Below, piece by piece: positions 29,717 to 41,026 of a DNA stretch of 64,000 nucleotides. The DNA comes from an uncultured bacterium (GTDB lineage Bacteria; Bacillota_I; Bacilli_A; RFN20; CAG-826), in assembly GCA_949293255.1 (NCBI GenBank), contig CASFCL010000003.1:10042-74041 (forward strand). Direction: 5' to 3'. A model generated the notes under the pieces. It was given only the letters and a program-made list of their open reading frames with translations. It was not told the origin of the DNA and did not search any database. The position numbers were made by a program, and so were the translations under genes. Positions within the stretch are counted from its first letter, which is position 1. Every line of letters starts with the position of its first letter.

Positions 29717-30130
29717 TTAATCAATTTTAATTTTTTCTAAAACTTGTGGAAGATTAACATCTTTTAAGTCTTTCATTTCGAGTTTGAAACCATCTGTTGA
29801 TTCATAACGTGGTATTACATGAACGTGGAAATGTTTTACAACTTGACCAGCAGCTTCATAACAATTAATTAAAATATTTACGCCTTTAGCTCCTAATTGT
29901 TCCATTTGGACTTGTCCAATTCTTTGAGCAACGTTCATTACTTTGTTCATAATATCTTTTGGAGTTGATAAGAAAGATACATAGTGATCTTTAGGAACAA
30001 CTAAAGTGTGACCATAAGTAACAGGATTGACATCTAAAAAGGCTAAAACATCATTATCTTCATAAATTTTATAAGCTGGTATTTTGCCATCAATGATTTT
30101 GCAAAAAACACAATTTACATCGAATTTCAT
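29717..30130 (-). CDS. hit: HIT family hydrolase
   Basis: CVFCKII, GHTLVVPK, HFHVHVIPR. Confidence 0.92.
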   Translation of the reverse strand: MKFDVNCVFCKIIDGKIPAYKIYEDNDVLAFLDVNPVTYGHTLVVPKDHYVSFLSTPKDIMNKVMNVAQRIGQVQMEQLGAKGVNILINCYEAAGQVVKHFHVHVIPRYESTDGFKLEMKDLKDVNLPQVLEKIKID

Positions 30131-30157
30131 AATAAATTATTTACCTCCAAATAAATA

Positions 30158-30183
30158 AAAAGAAGAGTCTTTTCGACTCTTCT
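30158..30183 (-). terminator. Rho-independent terminator
   Basis: agaagagtc/gactcttct stem; T-tract on the minus strand. Confidence 0.65.
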
Positions 30184-30209
30184 ATTATACCATATTTAGT
30201 GATTAGTGA

Positions 30210-32114
30210 TTAATCAAATAAACCTGGATATGTGCTTACAAAGTAATCAAATACGTCTTGATCAAAGTATGTAAGTGCTGATTCTTCAATGAAGTATTCA
30301 ATTGCTGAAGAGGTAAATGTTGAACCACTTGCAATTTCATAACCAACATCGATTGCGTATTGTTCGATTTCAAGGAAATCAGAAGCAGTTGTAGAATCAT
30401 CAGAGGTTAACTTTGATGGAGTAATATAATCATAGATGGCAACAATATAATAGGTATTATCTGAATTCCAGATGATACTATCATATGGATCCCAAAGATT
30501 ATATGATGATTTCTTTAAGAAGGTAACTCCGCCAGCAGCGAATGATTTTAAATAGTTCCAATCAATAGCTGAACTTTGACCAGCTGTTTGAGCGTTGTTT
30601 AATTCATTAATAATTGAAGCAGAGAATAATCTATCAGTTACAGCTGAAGGTAAGTCTGAATAATCTGAACTTGTTCCCCAACCATATCTTGTATAGTCTT
30701 CAACTCTAATTTCATTAGTTTTGATTTGTAAACCTTCTTTAGGAGAATAAATCTTACTATTGATGTTTGTAAATGTGTCGTAGTTGGTTTCGTTATTAGT
30801 ATTTGGATTTGTTGTTAATGTTGAATAATCACCGATTAAATCACCATAAACTGATCCATCATAATAGGTGTAACCATTGTTTGGTGTTCCATCAATATAA
30901 GTAACTGAATTTCTATTTTCATCTGTTAAGACGACTTGAGAATTTTGCCATTCTGTTGATACATTTCCGAATGTTTCACCAGCAATTGCTTTTGCATCAG
31001 CATTATCAGCTTGATCTAAATCTTCTGGAATACCCATCCAAGCAGTTGCAGCAGGAGAGAAATCTAAGTTATCTTCTGTAACAACAGTAGAACCATCGAT
31101 AATGTTTCTTGCATATGATCTTAAGAGTGAATATGCATCGTTATCTTCGTTGTTAGCGATTTGGATGTACTCAATCTTTCTTTGTTGAGTTCTACCAATA
31201 GCAGCATATTGATTTCTTAAAATGTATTGTTCGGTTAATAAGTTATTAATAATGCCTGGAACAATAGTTGAATTGATGTATTGAGTGTAGTGTTCTAAGT
31301 GTAATAAAGGTTCATTTCCATCGATAATGTTGGATGTATCTTTATTTGGATCATAGCTACTATCAATAAATACGCCTTGAGTGAATTCACCATTAGCGGA
31401 AACATGATTGTCTCCAACTTCATAGTCGATTTCTTCAAGTGCTTCAACTTGACTATAAATATCAGCTAATTTAAGAGTAGTTGTTCCATCAACTGAGTAA
31501 ATAACATTTAATGAATCCATTAATGATTGAACATAAAGGATTTCATAGAAAGCACTGTTATATTTGTAGGCAGAGGAGTTGATGTTATCAAACATAGTGA
31601 TAACAATTTCTTTCTTAATTAATTCTTTATAGGAGTTAATTCTGCCTTCGTAGGTTGATAATTGAGAAGCTGTAACATCTTCAGCATCTTCATAAGTGAT
31701 TCTGATACCGGCATCAACCCAGTTCCAGTACATTTGATGATTTTGAATGAAAGCGATCTTTTGTTCATTGGTGACATTGGTTTGTCTTGTACCATATTCA
31801 TCAAGAACATAATCCCAACCTTCAAGTTCGATTTCACCATTACTATTAATTGTGTAATTACCAACATAGTTTTTGGCAATTTCATAATTTAACATTGAAG
31901 CGATTTCGCTTGAGAAGCTTGAATCTTCTCTAACGATATCATAAAGATCTTGTAATGTATCTTTATCAACAGCAGCAGTATAACCAGTATAGCTATATCC
32001 TTTATCAGTTCCATTTGAGATTGGAGCGTGAGCAACATCACAAGAAGCAATGAGGACTAATGAAGCAGCTAATGCTAATGAATTAACAATATTACGTTTT
32101 TTCATATATTCCAC
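30210..32114 (-). CDS. Large acidic lipoprotein, unknown function
   Basis: Lipobox IASC; GGAGG RBS. Confidence 0.7.
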   Translation of the reverse strand: MEYMKKRNIVNSLALAASLVLIASCDVAHAPISNGTDKGYSYTGYTAAVDKDTLQDLYDIVREDSSFSSEIASMLNYEIAKNYVGNYTINSNGEIELEGWDYVLDEYGTRQTNVTNEQKIAFIQNHQMYWNWVDAGIRITYEDAEDVTASQLSTYEGRINSYKELIKKEIVITMFDNINSSAYKYNSAFYEILYVQSLMDSLNVIYSVDGTTTLKLADIYSQVEALEEIDYEVGDNHVSANGEFTQGVFIDSSYDPNKDTSNIIDGNEPLLHLEHYTQYINSTIVPGIINNLLTEQYILRNQYAAIGRTQQRKIEYIQIANNEDNDAYSLLRSYARNIIDGSTVVTEDNLDFSPAATAWMGIPEDLDQADNADAKAIAGETFGNVSTEWQNSQVVLTDENRNSVTYIDGTPNNGYTYYDGSVYGDLIGDYSTLTTNPNTNNETNYDTFTNINSKIYSPKEGLQIKTNEIRVEDYTRYGWGTSSDYSDLPSAVTDRLFSASIINELNNAQTAGQSSAIDWNYLKSFAAGGVTFLKKSSYNLWDPYDSIIWNSDNTYYIVAIYDYITPSKLTSDDSTTASDFLEIEQYAIDVGYEIASGSTFTSSAIEYFIEESALTYFDQDVFDYFVSTYPGLFD

Positions 32115-32117
32115 CTC

Positions 32118-34262
32118 CTAGTCTGTAGTGGAAGAAGAACTTCCACTTGATGTTGATTGATCTGCTGATGATGAGTAGTAACAGATTCCGTTAGTTCCAT
32201 AGTAATTTGAATCTCCGAAGTGGAGAGCACATGTTTCTGGAATTAAACCTGTTTCTCTTTCTCTTTCTTGGTTAACAATTGTGTTATATAAAGAATCCCA
32301 AGCAGTTTTAAGTGTATCAGCAACGCCGTTGCTATATGAAACTTCGATTTGTTCTTCATATCTAGCGATTAAATCGTTAATCTTATCGTTAGTAGATGTA
32401 ACGCTAACTGAAACATTAGCAGATTCATTTAACCAATCGATAATAACCATATCTTTAATACCAGTTGATGAACTTCCTGAACTTTCTTGATAACCTTTGT
32501 AGTTTTCTTCAAGACCGCCAGAAGCACCGATGATATCACTATAACCATTAAGGTTTGTAATAGTATCGGAATAGACATAAGTCATCTTTGGATAGCCATC
32601 TTCGCTAACACCTGGGAAATCAGAATTGTAATCTGGTCCTAATGTTCCGTTCTTGCTAACAAGTGAATTTGAATTTAATGGATTTTCTGGAGCGAAGTAT
32701 TCTGCAAGAGTAACATCTCTTTCAGTTTTTCCGTCATATCTAACTTCTTTTTTAACTTCATCAAGAGCTGAACGTTCAACAACGATGAAGTGGATACCAC
32801 CTGAACTCGTTGCATTTAAAACCATCATGATTGGGTTTCCGTTTTCATCACATAAAACATTCTTTGTATCACCGTTGATTGTTAATGGATGGAAGTTTTG
32901 GGTATTTAATCCAGCGTATTGGCTACCAGTATCATATTTACCATTTTTTAAATCTGAAACACCAGTTGTTCCATCAGTAAATGTGATTTTTGTTCCGCCG
33001 TTATTAACAAATTCTTCTTCAGTAGCACCATCTGTATATTTTACATCTTCATCAGTAAGGAATGCGATGTTGTGTCTATTGAAGTATTTGTTGAAGATGA
33101 TATTTCTTGGATAGTAAGCAGCAGAACCATCGTTAACTGTTTGACCTGAAGAGGTAGTAGTTATTGATTTATAGGTATTCATTTCTACAAGAGCACCATA
33201 TGGGATAAATGCTGCACCAAGATTTGATAAATATTCAGCAACACTTCCTGATGTAAATCCTGAGGTTGTATAACCTGGAATATTGAATGATGACTTGTTG
33301 GTATATGTGCCTGATGAAACTCTATCAGCATAAGCAGCTTTTGTTTCAGCATTTGTTGTGGCAGCATCTGTAGCACTTGAATCTTGGATATCAAGTAAGA
33401 CTTCGTAAGTATAAACGCCTAATTTGAATTCGTTAACGAATGAAGTGCTTAAATCCATGAGATAACCATTTGGATTATTTGTGATACCTGAATCATCTGT
33501 CCAAATCTTTGCAACTGAGTTAAATGTTATGTTGTTTGATGGATCTACATTGATTAATGCGTTAACTGCATTATAGAGTTTGGTAACACCATCTTCTGTA
33601 ACTTCAGATCTTGTAAATTCATCTGTTGAACTTCCGATTTGAATAAGAAGATGCTTTACGTTATAAGGCATACGTGTTTTTAAGTATCCGTTTTCTCCCC
33701 AAACAAGATTGTACTTTTGTTGAAGTGTATAATCTTCATCAGCAGCAGTTGATTCTTGCCAGACATTGAATCTATCGTAATATTCGTCTTCGATTTTTTC
33801 TTGCATGATAGCATATTGACGATCTGCCCAGTATGCAGCTTCTTTTTCAGCTACATCCATGTTAGGATCATCATAGCCTAAACCTTCAAGATGGTCTTCC
33901 CAATCTTCTCCGTTTTCATCAGCAGTGTCTTGTTCTTCTTGAACATCGATGTCGGTTTCACGATTAACCTCAGCTAAACGATGGTGCATTGTACCATTCT
34001 CATCAAGGAATGAAAGTTTAATTTGAATTTCATTCATTGCATTGTAGAAGGCTGCAGCATGGTTGCTTGGGTTTTGCTCAAGATATCTATCAAAGACATC
34101 ATCAGCTGTGATTTCTTTTGTTTCAACCTTACCATTTGGAGCAACGTAATTATATTCGATAATTATGTTGTCTTTTGTGGTAACTCCACAACCGGCTAAA
34201 GAAATAAGACCTAATGCACAAATAGCGATAGATAAAGGTTTCTTATATTTCTTCATACTCAT
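32118..34262 (-). CDS. Large lipoprotein with divergent parvulin-like (PrsA-like) motifs
   Basis: Lipobox LAGC; VKHLLI, FNSVAK.WTDD, FVNEF, GIHFI. Confidence 0.55.
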   Translation of the reverse strand: MSMKKYKKPLSIAICALGLISLAGCGVTTKDNIIIEYNYVAPNGKVETKEITADDVFDRYLEQNPSNHAAAFYNAMNEIQIKLSFLDENGTMHHRLAEVNRETDIDVQEEQDTADENGEDWEDHLEGLGYDDPNMDVAEKEAAYWADRQYAIMQEKIEDEYYDRFNVWQESTAADEDYTLQQKYNLVWGENGYLKTRMPYNVKHLLIQIGSSTDEFTRSEVTEDGVTKLYNAVNALINVDPSNNITFNSVAKIWTDDSGITNNPNGYLMDLSTSFVNEFKLGVYTYEVLLDIQDSSATDAATTNAETKAAYADRVSSGTYTNKSSFNIPGYTTSGFTSGSVAEYLSNLGAAFIPYGALVEMNTYKSITTTSSGQTVNDGSAAYYPRNIIFNKYFNRHNIAFLTDEDVKYTDGATEEEFVNNGGTKITFTDGTTGVSDLKNGKYDTGSQYAGLNTQNFHPLTINGDTKNVLCDENGNPIMMVLNATSSGGIHFIVVERSALDEVKKEVRYDGKTERDVTLAEYFAPENPLNSNSLVSKNGTLGPDYNSDFPGVSEDGYPKMTYVYSDTITNLNGYSDIIGASGGLEENYKGYQESSGSSSTGIKDMVIIDWLNESANVSVSVTSTNDKINDLIARYEEQIEVSYSNGVADTLKTAWDSLYNTIVNQERERETGLIPETCALHFGDSNYYGTNGICYYSSSADQSTSSGSSSSTTD

Positions 34263-34467
34263 TTCCTTTCATAAAAAAATGCTATAAAAATAAATAGCGT
34301 TAATAATTTTATACTAACGTATAATTAAAAACAATAGAAAAAATTAGCACTAAGTTATTATATAACTTGTCTTCTCAAAACCTGAGAAAAATAGGCTTAT
34401 CATATCATTTGTCTAACAAAGAAATTTGGTATAGAATAAACCCGCTAAAAGAAAAAGGATTTTAATT

Positions 34468-35298
34468 ATGAACGAATTGATTATTAAAAATTTACATGTA
34501 GAAGTTGAAGGAAAAGAAATTTTAAAAGGTGTTGATCTTACTGTTTCAAAAAACGAAGTAATCGCACTTTTAGGCCCTAATGGACATGGAAAATCAACTC
34601 TTTTAGCTGCAATTATGGGTAATCCAAAGTATAAAGTTACCGAAGGAAGTATTACTTTTAATGGAAAAGATGTTCTTGCGATGAGCGTAGATGAAAGAAG
34701 TAGAAACGGACTTTTCTTAGCTTTTCAAAATCCATATGAAATCCCAGGATTAGTCTCTGCTGAGTTTTATAAATCAGCTTTAAATGCAAGAAGTCAAAAA
34801 AGAATTCCTCTTTTCCAATTTTATCGTAAGTTAGAAGAAGCCTCAAAAGAGGTCAAAATTCCTTTTGAACTTGTAAATAGAAGTTTAAATGATGGATTTA
34901 GCGGTGGTGAAAAGAAAAGAAATGAAATTCTTCAAATGATTTTACTTAATCCAGAAATTGCTATGCTTGATGAAATTGATAGTGGTCTCGATGTTGATGC
35001 TATCAATATTGTTAGTGAAGCAATCAATAAGCAAAAAGAAGAAAAAGAAACAGGATTTTTAGTAATTTCACATTACGCAAGATTATTTGATTTAATTCAT
35101 CCAACTAAAACTGCTGTCATGATTAATGGAAGAATTGCATGTGTTGGTGGACCAGAAATTTTTAAGAAGATTGATGAATTTGGGTATGAATGGGTCAAAA
35201 AAGAATATGGTGTTTCAATTGAAAAAGAAGATGTCCAAATGAATCAAGTAAGCATTGGAGTTTGTGCAACAAAAGAAGTAATTAAAAATGAAAATTAA
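34468..35298 (+). CDS. sufC: Fe-S assembly ATPase SufC
   Basis: GPNGHGKST, FSGGEKKRNEILQ, LDEIDSGLD. Confidence 0.95.
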   Translation: MNELIIKNLHVEVEGKEILKGVDLTVSKNEVIALLGPNGHGKSTLLAAIMGNPKYKVTEGSITFNGKDVLAMSVDERSRNGLFLAFQNPYEIPGLVSAEFYKSALNARSQKRIPLFQFYRKLEEASKEVKIPFELVNRSLNDGFSGGEKKRNEILQMILLNPEIAMLDEIDSGLDVDAINIVSEAINKQKEEKETGFLVISHYARLFDLIHPTKTAVMINGRIACVGGPEIFKKIDEFGYEWVKKEYGVSIEKEDVQMNQVSIGVCATKEVIKNEN

Positions 35299-36091
35299 TG
35301 ATTTGATTGAAAATTTTGAGTTTGATTTTACTAATGATGGTGAGTACTATTTAGCACTTGCTAATTTTGATCAACCATTATTTTTTAACGTTGCATCAAA
35401 CAAAAAAATTAATCTCATCATTAAAGATTTTAATGATAAAAATGAGATTAATTTTTTCCTTCAAGAAGGTGCAAGTTGCTCATTAAAATTAATCAATAGT
35501 TTTAAAGAAAAAACCGTAATTTTAAGAGAAAACCTTGCTAAAACCGCAAATTTTAATTGTTTTATCGCAGATTTTGCTAAAGAAAATTTAAAAATTGAAA
35601 ACAATTCTATCTTACTTGGAGAAGGTGCAAGTGCTTACTTTGATGTAGCTTCTTTAAGCTTTGATTCAGATAAAAAAATATACGATATTTCAATTGATCA
35701 CATTGGTCAAAAAACTGAATCTAATTTTACTTTCCATGGTGTTTCTACATCTACTAGCGAGATTATTGTTAGAGGTGTTTCACACATTGAACAAGACTCA
35801 ATTAAATCACAAGCAAGTCAAGCTTGTAACGTAATTTTATTTGATAAAGAAAGTAGAGCAAAGGCATCTCCAACTTTAAAGATTGACTGCGATGACATCA
35901 AGGCATCACATGGATGTGCAATTGGTTCATTGAATGATAATCATATTTTTTACTTATTAAGTAGAGGCTTAACTTTAAAAGAAGCAAGAAGATTAATTAC
36001 TTTAGGTTATCTTGAACCAATTAAGAATCATTTTAATGAAGAAGATGCAAATTATATTGATAGTTTGATAAGAAAGGGGATGGACTTATGA
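35288..36091 (+). CDS. sufD: SufD (short form)
   Basis: PTLKIDCDDIKASHG, FYLLSRGL; operon position. Confidence 0.85.
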   Translation: MKINDLIENFEFDFTNDGEYYLALANFDQPLFFNVASNKKINLIIKDFNDKNEINFFLQEGASCSLKLINSFKEKTVILRENLAKTANFNCFIADFAKENLKIENNSILLGEGASAYFDVASLSFDSDKKIYDISIDHIGQKTESNFTFHGVSTSTSEIIVRGVSHIEQDSIKSQASQACNVILFDKESRAKASPTLKIDCDDIKASHGCAIGSLNDNHIFYLLSRGLTLKEARRLITLGYLEPIKNHFNEEDANYIDSLIRKGMDL

Positions 36092-37320
36092 TAGATGTAA
36101 GTAAAATAAGAAAAGATTTCCCAATGTTTAATAACAAAACTCAACAAGGACATACTCTTTGTTATCTTGATAATGCAGCTACAACATTTAAACCATATAG
36201 TGTAATTGAAGCTTGTAATGAATATTATTTAAATGATAATGCTAATGCACATCGTGGAGATTATGATTTAGCATATAAAGTTGATAAAAAAGTTGATGAA
36301 GTTAGACAAAAAGTTGCTAATTTTATTAATGCTGAAAAGATTGAAATTGTTTTTACAAGCGGTACATCAATGTCTATGAACATGATTGCTTTCGGGTATG
36401 GTATTAAATTTTTAAATAAAGGTGATGAAATCTTATTAACAGAAGCAGAGCATGCTTCAAATGTTTTGCCTTGGTTTAAAGTTGCTGAAATGACTGGTGC
36501 AGTTATTAAATATATTCCATTAACTGATGAAGGCAGATTAACCGTTGAAAATTTAAAAAGTGTATTAACTGAAAAAACAAAAGTTGTTTCAGTTGCTCAA
36601 GTTACAAATGTTTTAGGATTTTTATCTGACATGAAAGCAATTTGTAAATTAGTTCATGAAACAACTGATGCAATTGTAATTTGTGATGGTGCTCAATCAG
36701 TTCCTCATATAAAAGTTGATGTTAAAGATATGGATTGTGACTTCTTATCCTTTAGTGCTCATAAAATGTGTGGACCTACTGGAATTGGAGTTTTATATGG
36801 AAAATATAGCTTACTTCAAAAGACTGATGTCTTAATGAGTGGAGGTGGAGATAATGCTAGATTTGATATGTGTGGCAATGTTGCCTACCTTCAACCACCA
36901 GCAAAATTTGAAGCCGGAACCATGAATCTAGAAGGTATTTATGGATTTGGAGCAGCCATTGATTATCTTAATTCTATCGGTATGGAAAATATTGAAAGTT
37001 ATGAAAAAGAATTAAGAAAATATGCGATTTCTAAGTTAAAAACCCTGCAAAACCTCATTATTTATAACGAAAACGCTGATTCTGGAATCATTACACTTAA
37101 TGTAAAAGGAGTATTTCCTCAAGATGAAGCAAGTTATTTAAATAGTAAAGGTATATGTGTAAGAAGTGGTGAGCACTGTGCAAAATTATTAAAAGATAGA
37201 CTTGGTGCTGGAGGCACAATTAGAGTGAGTATTTATTTTTACAATACTAAAGAAGAAATCGATCAGCTTTACGAAGCACTTAAAAATGGAGGTGATTTTT
37301 TAGATGCCTATTTCAATTAA
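36088..37320 (+). CDS. sufS: Cysteine desulfurase SufS
   Basis: YLDNAATT, SAHKMCGPTG, RSGEHCA. Confidence 0.95.
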   Translation: MIDVSKIRKDFPMFNNKTQQGHTLCYLDNAATTFKPYSVIEACNEYYLNDNANAHRGDYDLAYKVDKKVDEVRQKVANFINAEKIEIVFTSGTSMSMNMIAFGYGIKFLNKGDEILLTEAEHASNVLPWFKVAEMTGAVIKYIPLTDEGRLTVENLKSVLTEKTKVVSVAQVTNVLGFLSDMKAICKLVHETTDAIVICDGAQSVPHIKVDVKDMDCDFLSFSAHKMCGPTGIGVLYGKYSLLQKTDVLMSGGGDNARFDMCGNVAYLQPPAKFEAGTMNLEGIYGFGAAIDYLNSIGMENIESYEKELRKYAISKLKTLQNLIIYNENADSGIITLNVKGVFPQDEASYLNSKGICVRSGEHCAKLLKDRLGAGGTIRVSIYFYNTKEEIDQLYEALKNGGDFLDAYFN

Positions 37321-37747
37321 TCCTCAAATAATGAGAGAAATTATTATGGATCATTATTCAAATCCAATTCATAAAGGTGTCCCTGAAAACAAGGATGATT
37401 TTTTAAGTGTTCGTATGGATAGTGATAGTTGTATTGATGATATAACAATTTATTTAAAAGTCGAAAACGATGTCGTAAAAGAAAGTTATTTTGAAGGAAT
37501 TGCATGTACAATTTCAACCGCTTCAACAGATATTTTATGTGATTTAGTTTTAGATAAATCAAAAAAAGATGCATTATATGTAATTGAGCAATATCAAAAC
37601 ATGATTTATGAAAAAGAGTTTGATGAAGAAGCAGTTGGCGAACTTATTGCTTTTGTAAACACACATAAACAAGCTGCAAGAATTAAATGCGCAACTTTAG
37701 GAAGTTTAGGAATTAAAGAATTATTAGAGGATAAAAAAGATGTCTAA
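37304..37747 (+). CDS. sufU: SufU
   Basis: IMDHYSNP, three conserved Cys, RIKCATL. Confidence 0.9.
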   Translation: MPISINPQIMREIIMDHYSNPIHKGVPENKDDFLSVRMDSDSCIDDITIYLKVENDVVKESYFEGIACTISTASTDILCDLVLDKSKKDALYVIEQYQNMIYEKEFDEEAVGELIAFVNTHKQAARIKCATLGSLGIKELLEDKKDV

Positions 37748-39140
37748 AAAAGTTGAAATTAAAGACACAAGAGAAAAGTACGATTTTAAAGACGATGTTG
37801 AGTCTATTTTTTCAACTGGCCAAGGTTTAAACGAAGAAATTGTTAGAGCAATTTCAAAAGCTAAAAACGAACCTGATTGGATGCTTGAATTTCGTTTAAG
37901 AAGCTACAAGATTTTTGAAAAATTCCCATTCCCAAATTTTGGACCAGATGTATCACATTTAGATTTTAATTCTTATACATATTTCACTCGTTATGTTAAA
38001 GGAGAGAAAGAAAGCTGGGAAAACGTACCAGAAACTATCAAAAATACATTTCAAAAGTTAGGAATTCCTGAAGCAGAGCAAAAATACCTTGCCGGAGCAG
38101 CTACTCAATATGAATCTGAAATGGTTTATCATAACATGCTTCAAGAAGTTGAAGAAAAGGGTGTTATCTTTTTATCAACTGATATGGCTTTACAAATGTA
38201 TCCAGATTTGGTTAGGAAATATTTTGGGACAGTTGTTCCTACTAGCGATAACAAATTTTCGGCATTGAATGGTGCTTGTTGGTCAGGTGGATCATTTATT
38301 TATGTTCCAAAAGGCGTAAAACTTGAAAAACCTCTTCAATCTTATTTTAGAATCAATAATCAAAAAACTGGTCAATTTGAAAGAACCTTGATTATTTGTG
38401 ATGAAGATAGTGAAGTTCATTATATTGAAGGATGCACAGCTCCAATTTATTCAAAAGAATCATTACATGCTGCAGTTGTTGAAATTGTAGTTTTAAAAGG
38501 AGCAAAATGCAGATATTCAACAGTTCAAAACTGGTCAAATAACATTGTTAATTTAGTTACAAAAAGAGCTTTTGTCTATGAAGGCGGCTCAATGGAATGG
38601 ATTGATGGAAACATCGGTTCACAAGTAAATATGAAATATCCTGCATGCGTTTTAAAAGGTGAAAATGCAAAAGGTGTTTGTATTTCAATTGCGGTTGCTG
38701 GAAAAGGTCAATATCAAGATGCAGGAGCAAGAATGATTCATGAAGCTCCTAACACTTCATCTCAAATTATTTCAAAAAGTATTGTTAGAGGTGGTGGAAC
38801 TAGTAACTATAGAGGAACAGTTAGAATCCATAAAGATGCAATCAATTCAAAAACACATATTGAATGTGATACTTTAATTTTAGATGATATTTCTAAATCA
38901 GATACCATACCAAAGAATGAATGCTTTAATAATTCAAGTTTTATTGAACATGAAGCAACGGTCAGTAAAATTGATGAAGAATTACTTTTCTATTTAATGT
39001 CTAGAGGAATTAAAAAAGAAGATGCAGTTCAAATGGTAATTATGGGATTTATTGAACCATTCTCAAGAGAACTCCCAATGGAATATGCAGTTGAATTAAA
39101 TCAACTTATTAAAATGGATATGGAAGGAAGTGTTGGCTAG
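37740..39140 (+). CDS. sufB: SufB
   Basis: [26 protein letters not shown]. Confidence 0.96.
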   Translation: MSKKVEIKDTREKYDFKDDVESIFSTGQGLNEEIVRAISKAKNEPDWMLEFRLRSYKIFEKFPFPNFGPDVSHLDFNSYTYFTRYVKGEKESWENVPETIKNTFQKLGIPEAEQKYLAGAATQYESEMVYHNMLQEVEEKGVIFLSTDMALQMYPDLVRKYFGTVVPTSDNKFSALNGACWSGGSFIYVPKGVKLEKPLQSYFRINNQKTGQFERTLIICDEDSEVHYIEGCTAPIYSKESLHAAVVEIVVLKGAKCRYSTVQNWSNNIVNLVTKRAFVYEGGSMEWIDGNIGSQVNMKYPACVLKGENAKGVCISIAVAGKGQYQDAGARMIHEAPNTSSQIISKSIVRGGGTSNYRGTVRIHKDAINSKTHIECDTLILDDISKSDTIPKNECFNNSSFIEHEATVSKIDEELLFYLMSRGIKKEDAVQMVIMGFIEPFSRELPMEYAVELNQLIKMDMEGSVG

Positions 39141-39142
39141 AA

Positions 39143-41026
39143 ATGGACAATTTTTATGATGTTATTGTCGTAGGTGGTGGCCACGCTGGAAGTGAAGCAA
39201 GTTTAGCTAGTGCAAAACTTGGATCCAAAACTGCTCTTATTTCTTTAAATATAAAGATGATGGCAAATATGCCTTGTAACCCTTCAATTGGAGGAAGTGC
39301 TAAAGGAATTGTTGTTAGAGAAATCGATGCACTTGGAGGTTACATGGGTATTTGTGCTGACCATGAATATCTTCAAATGAAGATGTTAAATACAGCAAAA
39401 GGTCCTGGAGTTCAATGTTTAAGAGCTCAAGCTGATAAAAAAAGATATCCAGCTTTAATGCAAATAAAGCTACTAAACACGCCTAATTTATCAGTTATTG
39501 AAGGAGAAGTAGTTGAAATTCTTCATGATGAAAATAAAGTTTTAGGTGTTAAATTAAAAGACGGAAGAGAGTTGAATTCTAAAGCAGTAATTTTAGCAAC
39601 TGGAACTTATATGGAAAGCGAACTCTTAGTTGGGCACACTAAAACCAAAGGTGGCCCTGATGGAGAAAAATCATCGATTGGTTTATCTTCATCGCTTTTA
39701 AGCATGGGTATCAAACTTCAAAGACTTAAAACCGGGACTCCTCAAAGAATCGCAAAAGAATCGATTGATTTTTCTAAAACCGAAATTCAATATGGAAATG
39801 TTGAAGATCAAGGATTTTCATATACATCAAAAGAATTTATCCCATTAAAAGATCAAATTCCTTGTTATTTAATTTATACAAATTCGAAAACTCACGAGAT
39901 TATAAATAACCATTTACTTGATAGTGCAATGTATGGAGGCATCGTTAATGGAGTTGGTCCAAGATATTGTCCATCAATTGAAGATAAAATTGTTCGTTTT
40001 TCAGATAAACCAAGACATCAACTCTTTTTAGAACCCGAAAGTTACGATACAAACTCAATTTATCTTCAAGGTTTTTCAACTTCGATGCCAAAAGAAGTGC
40101 AAGAAGAGATGGTTCATTCATTGAGCGGATTAGAAAATGCTAAAATTTTAAAATATGCTTATGCTATTGAATATGATTCTATCGATGAATTCCAATTTGA
40201 TGCTACTTTAATGATTAAAAAGTGGCCTGGATTATTTATTTCAGGACAAATTTGTGGAACAAGTGGCTATGAAGAAGCCGCCGGATTAGGTTTAATGGCT
40301 GGAATTAACGCTCATCGATTTATAAATAATTTATCTCCGTTTATTTTAGGAAGAGACGAAGCTTATATTGGAGTTATGATTGATGATTTAGTTACAAAAG
40401 GAACTAAAGAACCATATAGATTATTGTCTAGTCGAGCAGAATATAGACTTCTTTTAAGAAGTGATAATGCTGACTTAAGATTAACTGAATATGGTCATGA
40501 ATTAGGATTGATTGATGATGATAGATATCAAGAGTTTTTAACTAAAAAAGAGACTATTGAAAAGGTCTTAAAGATACTTGATAAAACTTACTTAGGAGAA
40601 ACAAGTCCTATTAATGAAGCACTTCCATCTTTAGGCTTTGAAAAATTAAATAATGGCGTTTCTGCAAGGAATTTGTTAAAAAGGAACGGAATTACATATT
40701 CTTTTTTAAAGAAATACATTGATATTCCTGAAGATTTAAAACTAGATAAATTAGGTGAAGATGAAGTGGAAATTATTGCTAAATATGAAGGCTATATCGA
40801 AGGTCAAAGAAGAGAAGTTTTAAAATTTAGAAAGTTAGAAAATATATCTTTACCTGATGATTTAGATTATATTCATATGGATGGTTTAGCTTTAGAGGCT
40901 AGACAAAAACTTGATAAAGTTAGACCTACAAATATTGGACAAGCTTCAAGAATTAGTGGAGTTAACCCTAGCGATATTAACTGTCTTGTTTTAAACTTAA
41001 AAAAGAGAAAACTTTATGACAATTAA
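39143..41026 (+). CDS. mnmG: tRNA modification enzyme MnmG
   Basis: GGGHAG, MPCNPSIGG, GPRYCPSIEDK, GTSGYEEA. Confidence 0.97.
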   Translation: MDNFYDVIVVGGGHAGSEASLASAKLGSKTALISLNIKMMANMPCNPSIGGSAKGIVVREIDALGGYMGICADHEYLQMKMLNTAKGPGVQCLRAQADKKRYPALMQIKLLNTPNLSVIEGEVVEILHDENKVLGVKLKDGRELNSKAVILATGTYMESELLVGHTKTKGGPDGEKSSIGLSSSLLSMGIKLQRLKTGTPQRIAKESIDFSKTEIQYGNVEDQGFSYTSKEFIPLKDQIPCYLIYTNSKTHEIINNHLLDSAMYGGIVNGVGPRYCPSIEDKIVRFSDKPRHQLFLEPESYDTNSIYLQGFSTSMPKEVQEEMVHSLSGLENAKILKYAYAIEYDSIDEFQFDATLMIKKWPGLFISGQICGTSGYEEAAGLGLMAGINAHRFINNLSPFILGRDEAYIGVMIDDLVTKGTKEPYRLLSSRAEYRLLLRSDNADLRLTEYGHELGLIDDDRYQEFLTKKETIEKVLKILDKTYLGETSPINEALPSLGFEKLNNGVSARNLLKRNGITYSFLKKYIDIPEDLKLDKLGEDEVEIIAKYEGYIEGQRREVLKFRKLENISLPDDLDYIHMDGLALEARQKLDKVRPTNIGQASRISGVNPSDINCLVLNLKKRKLYDN

